This document shows positions 17,578 through 27,029 of a DNA stretch of 64,000 nt, in pieces (the first letter of the stretch is position 1; every line of letters starts with the position of its first letter). A program made the position numbers and the translations under genes. The stretch lies in NCBI GenBank assembly GCA_052034135.1, contig JBPOJC010000005.1:76-64075 (forward strand), written 5' to 3'. This DNA comes from Caldisericota bacterium (GTDB taxonomy: Bacteria; Caldisericota; Caldisericia; UBA6126; JAGPKI01). The notes under the pieces were generated by a model that ran no database searches, was not told the DNA's origin, and was given only the letters and a program-made list of their open reading frames with translations.

Positions 17578-18499
17578 TATTGTTTTTGTTTTAAAGAGTC
17601 CATTACATATTGGTTATCTCCCATTTAGAGGTTTGGTAATATCTCCTACAAGATATTATGTCCCTGGTAGGAATTTCTGGGGTGCGATAACAAAAAGATT
17701 GAAAGAAAACTTGTATGAAAATCCTGTAGAGGAATATAAAAAAATAGGTGAACAGATTAAAGAAAACTTTAGATTTTCATATTTTTATTTATACGATGGA
17801 GAAACTATTTTTATCCCTAAATATAACGAGGAGGGATTAACTTTTGGAGATAAAAAGCAAATAGATAAATTTCAATTTGAATATAGATTTATAGGTAGTA
17901 GAGTTTTAACTGCTATAAATAGTGATTCAGGGACGGCAAAAGACGAAAGTCTTCATGAAATAGAGTTTATAAAAGATAAGTTTAGTGATGATGGAGACCG
18001 TATTAAAGATACAAAAATCATTGGTTGTATCTGGGTAAAAGAAAATTCTAAGATTCAGGATTACGAAGTTAAAATTGAAAATAATGGGATTTTTGTAAAT
18101 GAATTTAACCTTATTGAAGAATTAACTCTTGGTGGAGAGCAAGGGTATGGTTTTGGTTTAGTGGGGGTAGAGGCTATCTTAAACAAGAAATTATTTCCAA
18201 TAGACAGTTTAGACAATGAAGACGTTAAAATAAGTTTAGAAAAAGATAAACCGATTCTATCCCATCTTAAATATGATAAGAAAATTCCTTTTAAAGGTGA
18301 CTTAGAACTCTTAACTGGTAGAGGTTATTTTGATGTTGAGAGAGAAAACAGTTTAGAAAGAGGATATAAAGAAAATCCTGGTAATGTGCTTTCTAATATA
18401 AATTATTACTTCTCTCCTGGTACAATTATTAATTTTGAAAATGATAGAAAATATAGTATTGGCTGGAATGGAATTTTATTAATGAATGATAATCAATGA
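17552..18499 (+). CDS. cmr3: Type III RAMP, Cmr3-like (Cas5)
   Basis: LKSPLHIGY..YYVPGRNFWGAITKRL and the glycine loop LTLGGEQGYGFGLV. It is the last gene of the operon. The ATG at 17561 (SD AAGGTG) may be the true start. Confidence 0.6.
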   Translation: MSKMWQRLDIVFVLKSPLHIGYLPFRGLVISPTRYYVPGRNFWGAITKRLKENLYENPVEEYKKIGEQIKENFRFSYFYLYDGETIFIPKYNEEGLTFGDKKQIDKFQFEYRFIGSRVLTAINSDSGTAKDESLHEIEFIKDKFSDDGDRIKDTKIIGCIWVKENSKIQDYEVKIENNGIFVNEFNLIEELTLGGEQGYGFGLVGVEAILNKKLFPIDSLDNEDVKISLEKDKPILSHLKYDKKIPFKGDLELLTGRGYFDVERENSLERGYKENPGNVLSNINYYFSPGTIINFENDRKYSIGWNGILLMNDNQ

Positions 18500-18859
18500 A
18501 ACCTACAGAACTTTTGCTTTCAAAGCAAAGCATATTTAGTTGATTAGCATTGAAGAGTAGAACATACCTTGCGGGAACAGGGTTATCCTAATAATACTTC
18601 TACAACAAAATTTTAAGGAATTTTTTTCAATCTTTAAAGACTAATAATATGAGTGAAGCAATAATAATAGCTTTAATTGAATAGTATCAGTAAATATTTT
18701 ATTATTTAATGTTTTTCACTCATATCTGATGTTTTATTTAAAAATTACGTTTAAATAATTTCAATTTTAAAATATAAAAATAAAAATTGATTTATAATAT
18801 TTAAGCATTAAACGAACAAGCTTCAAGAATTATAAATTTTAGCATAGGAGGAGATTAAA

Positions 18860-19186
18860 ATGGAGAAAACTACTTTAGGTTTAAGTGAAAATTTAGAAAG
18901 TCTTTTTTGTTACATTTTAGGTTGGATAACAGGAATAATATTCTTGATTCTTGAAAAGAACAGCAAGTTTGTAAAATTTCATGCTCTACAATCAATTTTT
19001 ACATTTCTACCCATATCGATAATAGGTGTAATATTTATGTGGATCCCAATAGTAGGAGTGGTTATTAACTGGATATTGTCGATTATCTCCTTTATATTGT
19101 GGATATTACTAATGTACAAAGCATATCAAGGTGAAAAATATAAACTTCCAATTGTTGGAGATTTTGCAGAAAAAGAAATAAAATAA
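18860..19186 (+). CDS. Small integral membrane protein (DUF4870-like)
   Basis: Three hydrophobic helices, YILGWITGIIFLILEK..KFVKFHALQS, and an SD AGGAGG upstream. Confidence 0.5.
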   Translation: MEKTTLGLSENLESLFCYILGWITGIIFLILEKNSKFVKFHALQSIFTFLPISIIGVIFMWIPIVGVVINWILSIISFILWILLMYKAYQGEKYKLPIVGDFAEKEIK

Positions 19187-19247
19187 TTTATATCTTTATA
19201 ATAGCAAAAAGCATGTTAAAATAAGCTTTAATCAGTGAAAAAGTATA

Positions 19248-20105
19248 TTATTTTATTTCAATTACGTTTGAGTCTTCATCAAAGGGTGGAGTCTGGTCTA
19301 CTATAAAGCCATATTTGAACTTTTCAAATCCCTCTACTTCTCTGATTTGCTCTCTTCCAGTAAGCAATGCAAGAAGTACAATTCCCATTGGCACGATCAG
19401 AAAAGTTGAATATTGGTTTAGTGATAAATTAAAAGGAGGAAATCTTGGAACTGCTCTTAAGAATTCAATAAAAAATGTTAATATGCCATAAAATATAAGT
19501 GCCCATGAGAAAGTTTTACCATAGAACTTCTTGTTAGAATCAATCCTCAGAAGTATAAAGAAAATAATAAATGCACCAATAGAAGTGAACAATTGGGTTG
19601 GGTAGCGTGGATAGTCAAAAGGACTAAATCTAAAACCAATCAATGAATTTGTAGGTAACCCAACACAGCAACCATTTAGGAAGCAACCAATTCTGCCAAT
19701 TGCATAGCCTAAAGTTGTTCCTATTGATAATACATCAAGCAATGCCCAGTAATTTACTTTTCTTCTTTTTGCAAACCAGTATGTTATAAGTACTCCAGCA
19801 ACAACTATCCCAATAAAAGATAATCCTTCACCGCCATTCCTTATTATCTCAATTGGATTACTTAAAAAATAGAAAAAGCCATTTGTCAATATATAAAAAA
19901 GCTTTGCTCCAATCAATCCTCCTATTATTAAATAGAGCAAGAGGTCGAGGAGATCGTCTTCACTTAAGCCTATTTTTTTTGCTCTTTTTATTATAGAAAG
20001 GAAACCAACAATTATACCTATGGCAATAAGTAAACCATAACTTCTTAAAACAAAAGGTCCAAAATGAGCTATTTCTGGATACACTTTTTTGTCCTCCTTA
20101 TGCAA
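19248..20105 (-). CDS. lgt: Prolipoprotein diacylglyceryl transferase
   Basis: A polytopic membrane protein with the GRIGCFLNGCCVG motif and the YGLLIAIG N-terminus typical of Lgt. Confidence 0.8.
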   Translation of the reverse strand: MHKEDKKVYPEIAHFGPFVLRSYGLLIAIGIIVGFLSIIKRAKKIGLSEDDLLDLLLYLIIGGLIGAKLFYILTNGFFYFLSNPIEIIRNGGEGLSFIGIVVAGVLITYWFAKRRKVNYWALLDVLSIGTTLGYAIGRIGCFLNGCCVGLPTNSLIGFRFSPFDYPRYPTQLFTSIGAFIIFFILLRIDSNKKFYGKTFSWALIFYGILTFFIEFLRAVPRFPPFNLSLNQYSTFLIVPMGIVLLALLTGREQIREVEGFEKFKYGFIVDQTPPFDEDSNVIEIK

Positions 20106-21285
20106 TTTTAAATAGTTTATCTGCTTCTTTTAATGTATCAACCACAAAATCAATCTGCTCCTTATCCATAGATGCGGTTACATTCATTCGAAGACGAGAA
20201 GTATTTATTGGTACAGCAGGATGCAGAACAGGAAGAACGAATATATCTCTATCCTGCACAAAACGAGTAACTTTTAAGGTTTTTTCTTCTTCACCTATTA
20301 TTAGTGGGACGATAGCTGTTTGAGAATTAAGGGTATTGAATCCCGCTTTTTTAAGTTCATCAAGGAAATAATTAATATTATTAGATAATTTTTCAATGCG
20401 CCACTTTTCCTCTTCAATTACTTTAAATGAAGCTATTGCTGCTCCGCAAGCTGCTGGAGGCAAAGCCGCAGAGAAAACAAAAGCTCTTGCATTATGTTTT
20501 AGGTAATTTATAAGAATTTTGCTTCCTGCGATGTAACCACCCACCGAAGGAATAGCTTTACTGAGCGTACCCATGAGTATATCAATGTCATTATTTAAAC
20601 CAAAGTATTCTTCAACACCTTTTCCATTCTTTCCTAAGACGCCGAGTGAGTGAGCTTCATCAACCATGAGCAAAGCATTGTATTTACGTACTAAATCAAG
20701 TATTTCTGGAATGGGAGAAATATCTCCATCCATACTATATACAGCATCCACTATAACAACTCTTGTTCTATTATTAGATGTATTTTGAAGTTTCCTTTCA
20801 AGATCATTCAAGTCATTATGATTAAATCGTAAAAATGCTGCCCCAGAGAGAAGACAACCATCAACTATACTTGCGTGATCAAGTTTATCACAAATAACCA
20901 CGTCCCCTCTTCCAAAAAGCGTAGAAATTGATGTTAGATTTGTTACATATCCACTTGAAAAAACTACACAAGCCTCTCTGTTTTTGAATGAAGCAATAGT
21001 TTCTTCAAGCTCTTCATGTATTTTTTCTGTACCAGCTAATATTCTTACTCCGTGTGTCCCTGTGCCATATTTTTTAATTGCGTCGATTGCATACTTATTT
21101 ATTAATGGATGCCCTATTAGACTTAAATAGCTATAGCTTGCAAGCATAAGCATTTTTCTACCATCTACGATTACATAAGGATCCTCAATACTTTCTATGC
21201 TTCTAAGATAAAAATATAAATTCGCATTTTTAGTATTTTCATATCTTTGATTAAATTCAGTTAATTTTTTCAGAAAGTTTTCCAC
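20098..21285 (-). CDS. PLP-dependent alpha-oxoamine synthase family acyltransferase (8-amino-7-oxononanoate synthase / Kbl / SPT-like)
   Basis: DEAHSLGVLG and GTLSKAIPSVGGYIAG (PLP lysine). The size is typical of the family. The exact substrate cannot be decided from sequence. Confidence 0.75.
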   Translation of the reverse strand: MENFLKKLTEFNQRYENTKNANLYFYLRSIESIEDPYVIVDGRKMLMLASYSYLSLIGHPLINKYAIDAIKKYGTGTHGVRILAGTEKIHEELEETIASFKNREACVVFSSGYVTNLTSISTLFGRGDVVICDKLDHASIVDGCLLSGAAFLRFNHNDLNDLERKLQNTSNNRTRVVIVDAVYSMDGDISPIPEILDLVRKYNALLMVDEAHSLGVLGKNGKGVEEYFGLNNDIDILMGTLSKAIPSVGGYIAGSKILINYLKHNARAFVFSAALPPAACGAAIASFKVIEEEKWRIEKLSNNINYFLDELKKAGFNTLNSQTAIVPLIIGEEEKTLKVTRFVQDRDIFVLPVLHPAVPINTSRLRMNVTASMDKEQIDFVVDTLKEADKLFKIA

Positions 21286-21290
21286 CTAAA

Positions 21291-22949
21291 TTACTCTCCC
21301 ATCATTGGTAGTTTTAAATTTTTTTCTTTTGCAGTTTTTATAGCGATTTCATAATTTGCATCGGCATGCCTTGCAACTCCGATTCCAGGATCAGTTGTTA
21401 GAACTTTTCTCAAGTGTTCTGCTTGCCTTGAGGAACCATCTGCTACAACAACCATTCCTGCATGTATTGAATTTCCAATTCCTACACCTCCTCCATGATG
21501 AACTGAAACCCATGTTGCCCCACTTATTGCGTTAAGTAGTGCATTAAGTATAGGCCAATCTGCTATAGCATCAGAACCATCTTTCATTGCTTCAGTCTCC
21601 CTGTAGGGAGATGCTACGGATCCAGAATCAAGATGGTCTCTTCCTATAACGATAGGGCAACTAATCTCTCCCTTTTTTACTAAATCATTTATTCTGAGTC
21701 CAAACTCTGCTCGTTCTCCTAAGCCTAACCAGCAGATTCTCGCAGGGAGACCTTGAAAGTTGACCATTTTTTCAGCTTTTTCAATCCAACTTTTTAGATG
21801 AACATTGTCTGGAAATAATTCAAGTAAAGTCTTATCGGTAGTGTAAATATCATTAGGATCACCAGATAGAGCAACCCATCTAAAAGGTCCTTTCCCTTCA
21901 CAAAATAAAGGTCTAATAAACTCCGGCACAAAACCTGGTATATCAAATGCATTACTAACACCATTTGATTTTGCCTGTGCTCTTATATTATTTCCATATT
22001 CAAAAACAATGCTACCTGCTTTTTTTAGTTCAAGCATAGCTTTAACATGTATTGCAATAGAATCTAATGCTCTTTTAATATATTCTTTTGGGTTTTCTAC
22101 TCTTAATTTTAGTGCTTCCTCTAATGAAATACCATTAGGCACATATCCATTAAGTGTGTCATGAGCTGAGGTTTGATCAGTTACAACATCCGGAACAATT
22201 CCTCGCCTCACAATTTCTGGAATAATATCGGAAGCATTACCAATTAAACCAACCGAAAGTGGCAATTTATCCTTTTTCGCCCGTTCTATTTTTATGAGTG
22301 AACTATCGAGATCTGTTGAAAGTTCGTCAACATACCCCATGTCAAGTCTCCTTTTTGCTCTTTTTGGATCAACTTCTACAACTAAGCATACTCCGTCATT
22401 CATTGTAACAGCGAGAGGTTGAGCTCCCCCCATTCCTCCTAGTCCTGCAGTTAAAACAAATTTACCCTTCAAGCTTCCATTAAAATGTTTTTCAGATAAA
22501 GATGCAAGTGTTTCAAATGTACCTTGAAGTATGCCCTGCGTACCTATGTATATCCAACTTCCAGCAGTCATCTGTCCATACATTGTAAGTCCTAAGCTTT
22601 CGAGTCTTCGGAATTCATCCCAATTTGCCCATGCCGGAACAAGCATGGAGTTACTAATCAAAACTCTTGGAGCATCTAAACTCGTTTCAAAAATAGCTAC
22701 TGGTTTACCTGATTGTATGAGTAACGTTTCATCATTTTCAAGATTTTTTAAGCTTTCTACAATTTTATAAAAACAATCCCAGTTTCTCACAGCTTTACCA
22801 GTTCCACCATATACAATTAAGTTTTCAGGGTCTTCAGCAACTTCAGGATCCAAATTGTTCATAAGCATTCTTAATGCCGCCTCTTGCAACCAACTCTTAC
22901 AACTTAGAGCATTGCCTCTATCGGCTTTAATATTATGCATCATTTTCAT
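21291..22949 (-). CDS. hutU: Urocanate hydratase
   Basis: 552 aa with [32 protein letters not shown] and [11 protein letters not shown], the conserved urocanase motifs. Confidence 0.9.
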   Translation of the reverse strand: MKMMHNIKADRGNALSCKSWLQEAALRMLMNNLDPEVAEDPENLIVYGGTGKAVRNWDCFYKIVESLKNLENDETLLIQSGKPVAIFETSLDAPRVLISNSMLVPAWANWDEFRRLESLGLTMYGQMTAGSWIYIGTQGILQGTFETLASLSEKHFNGSLKGKFVLTAGLGGMGGAQPLAVTMNDGVCLVVEVDPKRAKRRLDMGYVDELSTDLDSSLIKIERAKKDKLPLSVGLIGNASDIIPEIVRRGIVPDVVTDQTSAHDTLNGYVPNGISLEEALKLRVENPKEYIKRALDSIAIHVKAMLELKKAGSIVFEYGNNIRAQAKSNGVSNAFDIPGFVPEFIRPLFCEGKGPFRWVALSGDPNDIYTTDKTLLELFPDNVHLKSWIEKAEKMVNFQGLPARICWLGLGERAEFGLRINDLVKKGEISCPIVIGRDHLDSGSVASPYRETEAMKDGSDAIADWPILNALLNAISGATWVSVHHGGGVGIGNSIHAGMVVVADGSSRQAEHLRKVLTTDPGIGVARHADANYEIAIKTAKEKNLKLPMMGE

Positions 22950-23230
22950 ATCTCCTTTAAGTGCATATTTACTAATAATATTAAAATTTTGACACTCTTA
23001 ATGTCTTGTTTGTAACTGTATTGTACTTTTTTAAATTTTTGCTTCATTTCTTCTTTTGTTAAAAGCTCAAAGGTTTATATTTACTTATATTTACTTTTTC
23101 CATTTTACTTGTTCATAATCTCTTATATTTTTAATATTATACCATTTCCTATTAACTTAACTTTATATTTCTATAAACTATGATAATACATTTATATTAA
23201 AACTCTTTTCTATTAATTCTTTGAGTATAT

Positions 23231-24055
23231 TTAACTTGCAAGACGTGGATAAAGCATAGTCGCTATAATTATTGCTATTAATATCATTCCTATTAGCAGC
23301 CCAATATGCAGAAGCATATTTGTATATACACCAGTTATCAAAATAGCTCTTAATATCTCCACTACATAGCTTAAAGGATTCGCAACCGCGACAACTTGAA
23401 GCCATTTAGGCATTATAGAAATAGGATAGATTGCACTTGAAGCAAAGAAAAGAGGCATTGTTAAAACTTGTCCTATACCCATAAATCTCTCTCTTGTTCT
23501 CATTAATGAAGCAAGAATCATTGAAAAACAGCTAAAAAATGCAGATTCCAGAATAACAATAAATATTGTTCCAACTATGCCAAGCACGCTCCATCTTATA
23601 TCCACTTTTAAAATGAGTGCTAATATTAAGATTATTACAGCCTGGCTCAAACCTCTCACAGCTGCGCCCATTGTTCTTCCAACAACAAATGCACTTCGCG
23701 GAACCGGGAGAGCTAAAAATTTCTGAATTATCCCCTGATCTCTATCCCAAATAAGCGCTAAACCATAGAAAATTGAAATAAACAAAACTGATTGTGAAAG
23801 TATACCAGGTGTCATAAAAGCAATGTATGGAACACCACCAGTAGGAATTGCTTTAATTCTTGTAAATGTTTCTCCAAAAACAAGCAACCATAAAACTGGC
23901 TGAACTGCTCTTGTAAATAACTCAGTTGGGTCATGGCGTAGCCTTCTCGCTTCCATTTCACCAAGGGTTAATGAATCATTAATCCATTTCTTTATTTTTG
24001 AAGACAGGCTTTTATTGTAACCTTCTTGCTGTTTTTCGGATTCTCCTAAGCTCAT
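23231..24055 (-). CDS. ABC-2 type transporter permease
   Basis: Six hydrophobic segments downstream of the ATPase. It overlaps the ATPase by 44 nt, and the alternative ATG at 23959 would remove this overlap. Confidence 0.75.
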   Translation of the reverse strand: MSLGESEKQQEGYNKSLSSKIKKWINDSLTLGEMEARRLRHDPTELFTRAVQPVLWLLVFGETFTRIKAIPTGGVPYIAFMTPGILSQSVLFISIFYGLALIWDRDQGIIQKFLALPVPRSAFVVGRTMGAAVRGLSQAVIILILALILKVDIRWSVLGIVGTIFIVILESAFFSCFSMILASLMRTRERFMGIGQVLTMPLFFASSAIYPISIMPKWLQVVAVANPLSYVVEILRAILITGVYTNMLLHIGLLIGMILIAIIIATMLYPRLAS

Positions 24056-24797
24056 TAAAATTACCTCCTTCTTCTACGCTATGTCCTGTGAGAATAATAA
24101 ATGCATTTTCGAGACTTTCTGTGCCTGTTTGCTTCAATATTTCCTGCGGTGTGCCAATGGTAACTATTTTACCATGATCCATTATGGCAAGTCTATCGCA
24201 AAGAGCTTCCGCTTCTTCCATATAGTGGGTTGTCAATAAAATAGTTGTTTCATATTGTTCCTGCAGAGTTAACAATACATTCCATACAGAACGCCTTGAA
24301 ATTGGGTCAAGACCCACTGTTGGTTCATCAAGTAAAAGAATTTCAGGATTATGCAAAAGTGACTGTGCTATTTCTAATTTTCTTACCATTCCTCCGGAGT
24401 ACTCTCTTACGAGTCTATGGGAAAAATCACCTAATTCCATTAAATCAATGAGTTCATTAATTCTTTTTTCTCTGCCTCTTTTATTTAATCCGACAAGTTT
24501 AGCAAAGATTAAGAGGTTTTCATATCCTGTTAGTGATCCATCACTTGATAACGCTTGTGGGACATATCCAATAAAATTCCTAACTATTGCAGCATTTTTG
24601 GGAAGCTCATAACCATTTACTTCTACTCTTCCTTTGGTCGGAGTTATTAAAGTGGAAATAATTCTAACTGTGGTTGTTTTGCCTGCTCCATTTGGACCAA
24701 GAAGCCCAAATAATTCACCCCTTTTTACATTGAATGATATACCGTCAAGAGCTTTTGTTTGTCCGAAATGTTTGAAGAGATTATCTATTTTAATCAT
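24012..24797 (-). CDS. ABC transporter ATP-binding protein (DrrA/CcmA-like)
   Basis: Walker A GPNGAGKTT, signature YSGGMVRKLEIA and Walker B ILLLDEPTVGLD. Confidence 0.9.
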   Translation of the reverse strand: MIKIDNLFKHFGQTKALDGISFNVKRGELFGLLGPNGAGKTTTVRIISTLITPTKGRVEVNGYELPKNAAIVRNFIGYVPQALSSDGSLTGYENLLIFAKLVGLNKRGREKRINELIDLMELGDFSHRLVREYSGGMVRKLEIAQSLLHNPEILLLDEPTVGLDPISRRSVWNVLLTLQEQYETTILLTTHYMEEAEALCDRLAIMDHGKIVTIGTPQEILKQTGTESLENAFIILTGHSVEEGGNFNELRRIRKTARRLQ

Positions 24798-24934
24798 ATT
24801 AGTCCTTTCTAAATTGATTATAGCACAAAATTAATATTAAATATTCTTAAACATTGATACGTAATGATTGATTTATTATAATTAACCCTTAATTAAAAGG
24901 TTTTCAATTTAAAAAAGGAAAATGAAATAAATTT

Positions 24935-26134
24935 ATGAAAAAAAAAGAGGAGATATTAGATAAACTCAAAACAAATACCGTAGACTTTATTACTGAGGAG
25001 GAATTATTAAAAAAATTATCTTCTAAAAAAAGCTTAAAAATAAAATTAGGAGCCGATCCTACAGCTCCAGATTTACATTTAGGACATGCCGTTGTTCTTG
25101 AAAAACTAAGAGAGTTTCAAGAACTTGGTCACGAGATAATCTTTGTAATTGGTGATTTCACAGCTTTAATAGGAGATCCATCTGGTAGATCAAAGGTAAG
25201 AAAAGCATTGAGCAAGGAAGAAATAGAACAAAATGCCAAAACTTATGTAGCACAGGTATCAAAAATTCTTGATATAAGTAAAATTCAAATAAGGTATAAT
25301 AGCGAATGGCTTTCTAAGATAAATCTTTCGGATCTAATTAAAATAATGTCTCATTTCACCATTGCAAGAATCATTGAAAGGGACGATTTTTCCAAACGAT
25401 TTAAACAAAACACACCGATATTTATGCATGAATTCTTGTATCCTATTCTGCAGGCTTATGATTCAGTTGCAATAAAAGCAGATGTTGAACTTGGGGGAAC
25501 TGATCAAAAATTTAATTTATTGCTTGGGAGAGAAATGCAAACAATTTTTGGTCAGGAGGAGCAAGTAATAATTACTTTGCCTCTCCTTATTGGGACCGAT
25601 GGTTCTTTAAAAATGAGTAAATCTTTTGGTAATTACATCGGTATTACGGAAGATCCTTTTACAATGTATGGTAAGGTTATGTCAATTCCAGATAGTTTAA
25701 TTCTCGACTATTTTAAATTAGTTTTAAGTTATAACGATACTGAACTTACAGAAATTTCTAAAAGTTTAGAAACTGAAAATCCTATGAAATTAAAAATGAA
25801 ATTAGCAAAAGAAATTGTATCCAAGTATCATTCCGAAGAAGATTCTAAAAAAGCAGAGAAAATGTTCACTAAAATACACAGAGAGCGTAGTTTACCCTCG
25901 GACATAGTTGAATATATTTACGAGGGGCCATTACAGATAAAAGCCTTTGAATTTATTAATAGTCTCAATCTGTTACCAAGCAAGTCTGAAGCAAAAAGAG
26001 TAATCTCGCAAGGTGGATTAGAAGTTGATGGAGAAAATATTACTGATCCATTTTTTACATTAAATGTAAAAAATAATATGATAATTAAAATAGGTAAGAG
26101 GAAATTTGTTAAAATAAGGATTCAGAATCCCTAA
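24935..26134 (+). CDS. tyrS: Tyrosyl-tRNA synthetase
   Basis: HIGH-type motif LHLGH, KMSKS motif (LKMSKSFGN) and a C-terminal S4 domain. Confidence 0.95.
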   Translation: MKKKEEILDKLKTNTVDFITEEELLKKLSSKKSLKIKLGADPTAPDLHLGHAVVLEKLREFQELGHEIIFVIGDFTALIGDPSGRSKVRKALSKEEIEQNAKTYVAQVSKILDISKIQIRYNSEWLSKINLSDLIKIMSHFTIARIIERDDFSKRFKQNTPIFMHEFLYPILQAYDSVAIKADVELGGTDQKFNLLLGREMQTIFGQEEQVIITLPLLIGTDGSLKMSKSFGNYIGITEDPFTMYGKVMSIPDSLILDYFKLVLSYNDTELTEISKSLETENPMKLKMKLAKEIVSKYHSEEDSKKAEKMFTKIHRERSLPSDIVEYIYEGPLQIKAFEFINSLNLLPSKSEAKRVISQGGLEVDGENITDPFFTLNVKNNMIIKIGKRKFVKIRIQNP

Positions 26135-27026
26135 ATTCTTTGTCGCTTTTACGTTTCTTTCTGAGAAGATAAAAATTTCTTATCTCGTCATATTCCTCAA
26201 GTTGAAAGAATTCAGAGATATAATAATCTAACTCATTTATATATCTAACGAAGATTTCTCTCGTTTTTAGGCGCCAATCTCTTGCCAGAAAAGGAACTTC
26301 TTTACGCATTTCGTAATAATCATAAGGAATTTCCACTGCAATAGTTTCTCCCTTCAAGTCAAGATTAATATTTGATATCTCTCTAAAAAGTAAAGCTTGT
26401 TTTATTCCTCTTGTTGTTATTGAATAAAGGATTCTAATAGTTTCGTTTGCTTTCTGAAAATATAATCTTTCTCTTAGCTTTATCTGAGGTATTTTTAAAT
26501 CTTCAATTCTTTTTCTTACCCTTTTAGTTTTGATTTTCCACTCTAAATAAAATCTATCAGCAGGGATAGAAACTCCTGTACTTATTGGCAATTCGCTATA
26601 TGCTTCAATGCAATATTTACGAATGATTCCGCCCAATTTTCTTATATTTAGATTCGCATTGATGCCAAGAAGGGGATCATAGGTCCATACAATTTTTTTA
26701 ATTCCTCTTTCGAGAGCAATTTTATATTGTTCTTGTTTTAGGCGGAAACCCAAAGACTTTTTTTGATAGGCTGTATAAATACCTGCAGTGTCACTGATAA
26801 GATAATAACCATCTTTAGGGTTATATGCTGGTAGCGCAAAATTGAATCCAATAAGTTTATTGTCAACGTAGATTCCAAGTGTTAAGCCACCATTTTCTGC
26901 GATAAGCTCCATTAAATAAGCTGGAACTATCCCCACTTCATTAAGTGGGGATAGTTCCTTTTGTATTTCTTCGCAAGCAAAATAATCTTCTTTGCTACTT
27001 ACAGGTTTTATTACAATATTATTCAA
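26109..27026 (-). CDS. Hypothetical protein, possibly a GNAT-fold acyltransferase
   Basis: The N-terminal half (GIYVDNKLIGFNFALP..YQKKSLGFRLKQEQ) looks GNAT-like, but this assignment is weak. Confidence 0.35.
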   Translation of the reverse strand: MNNIVIKPVSSKEDYFACEEIQKELSPLNEVGIVPAYLMELIAENGGLTLGIYVDNKLIGFNFALPAYNPKDGYYLISDTAGIYTAYQKKSLGFRLKQEQYKIALERGIKKIVWTYDPLLGINANLNIRKLGGIIRKYCIEAYSELPISTGVSIPADRFYLEWKIKTKRVRKRIEDLKIPQIKLRERLYFQKANETIRILYSITTRGIKQALLFREISNINLDLKGETIAVEIPYDYYEMRKEVPFLARDWRLKTREIFVRYINELDYYISEFFQLEEYDEIRNFYLLRKKRKSDKEFRDSESLF

Positions 27027-27029
27027 TTA

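Noticed and set aside
18511-18530. Hairpin CTTTTGCTTT-C-AAAGCAAAG after cmr3 as an intrinsic terminator
   Set aside because: The stem is short, AT-rich and bulged, and it is not followed by a U-tract. It may still act as a weak terminator, but the sequence alone does not support a confident call.
23178-23405. ORF 23178..23405 (-)
   Set aside because: It overlaps the 3' end of the ABC-2 permease gene in another frame and has no support.
24798-24934. Possible T-box leader upstream of tyrS
   Set aside because: Only about 135 nt of very AT-rich sequence are available. I could not find a specifier-loop/T-box (AGGGUGGUACCGCG-like) motif or a terminator/antiterminator pair.
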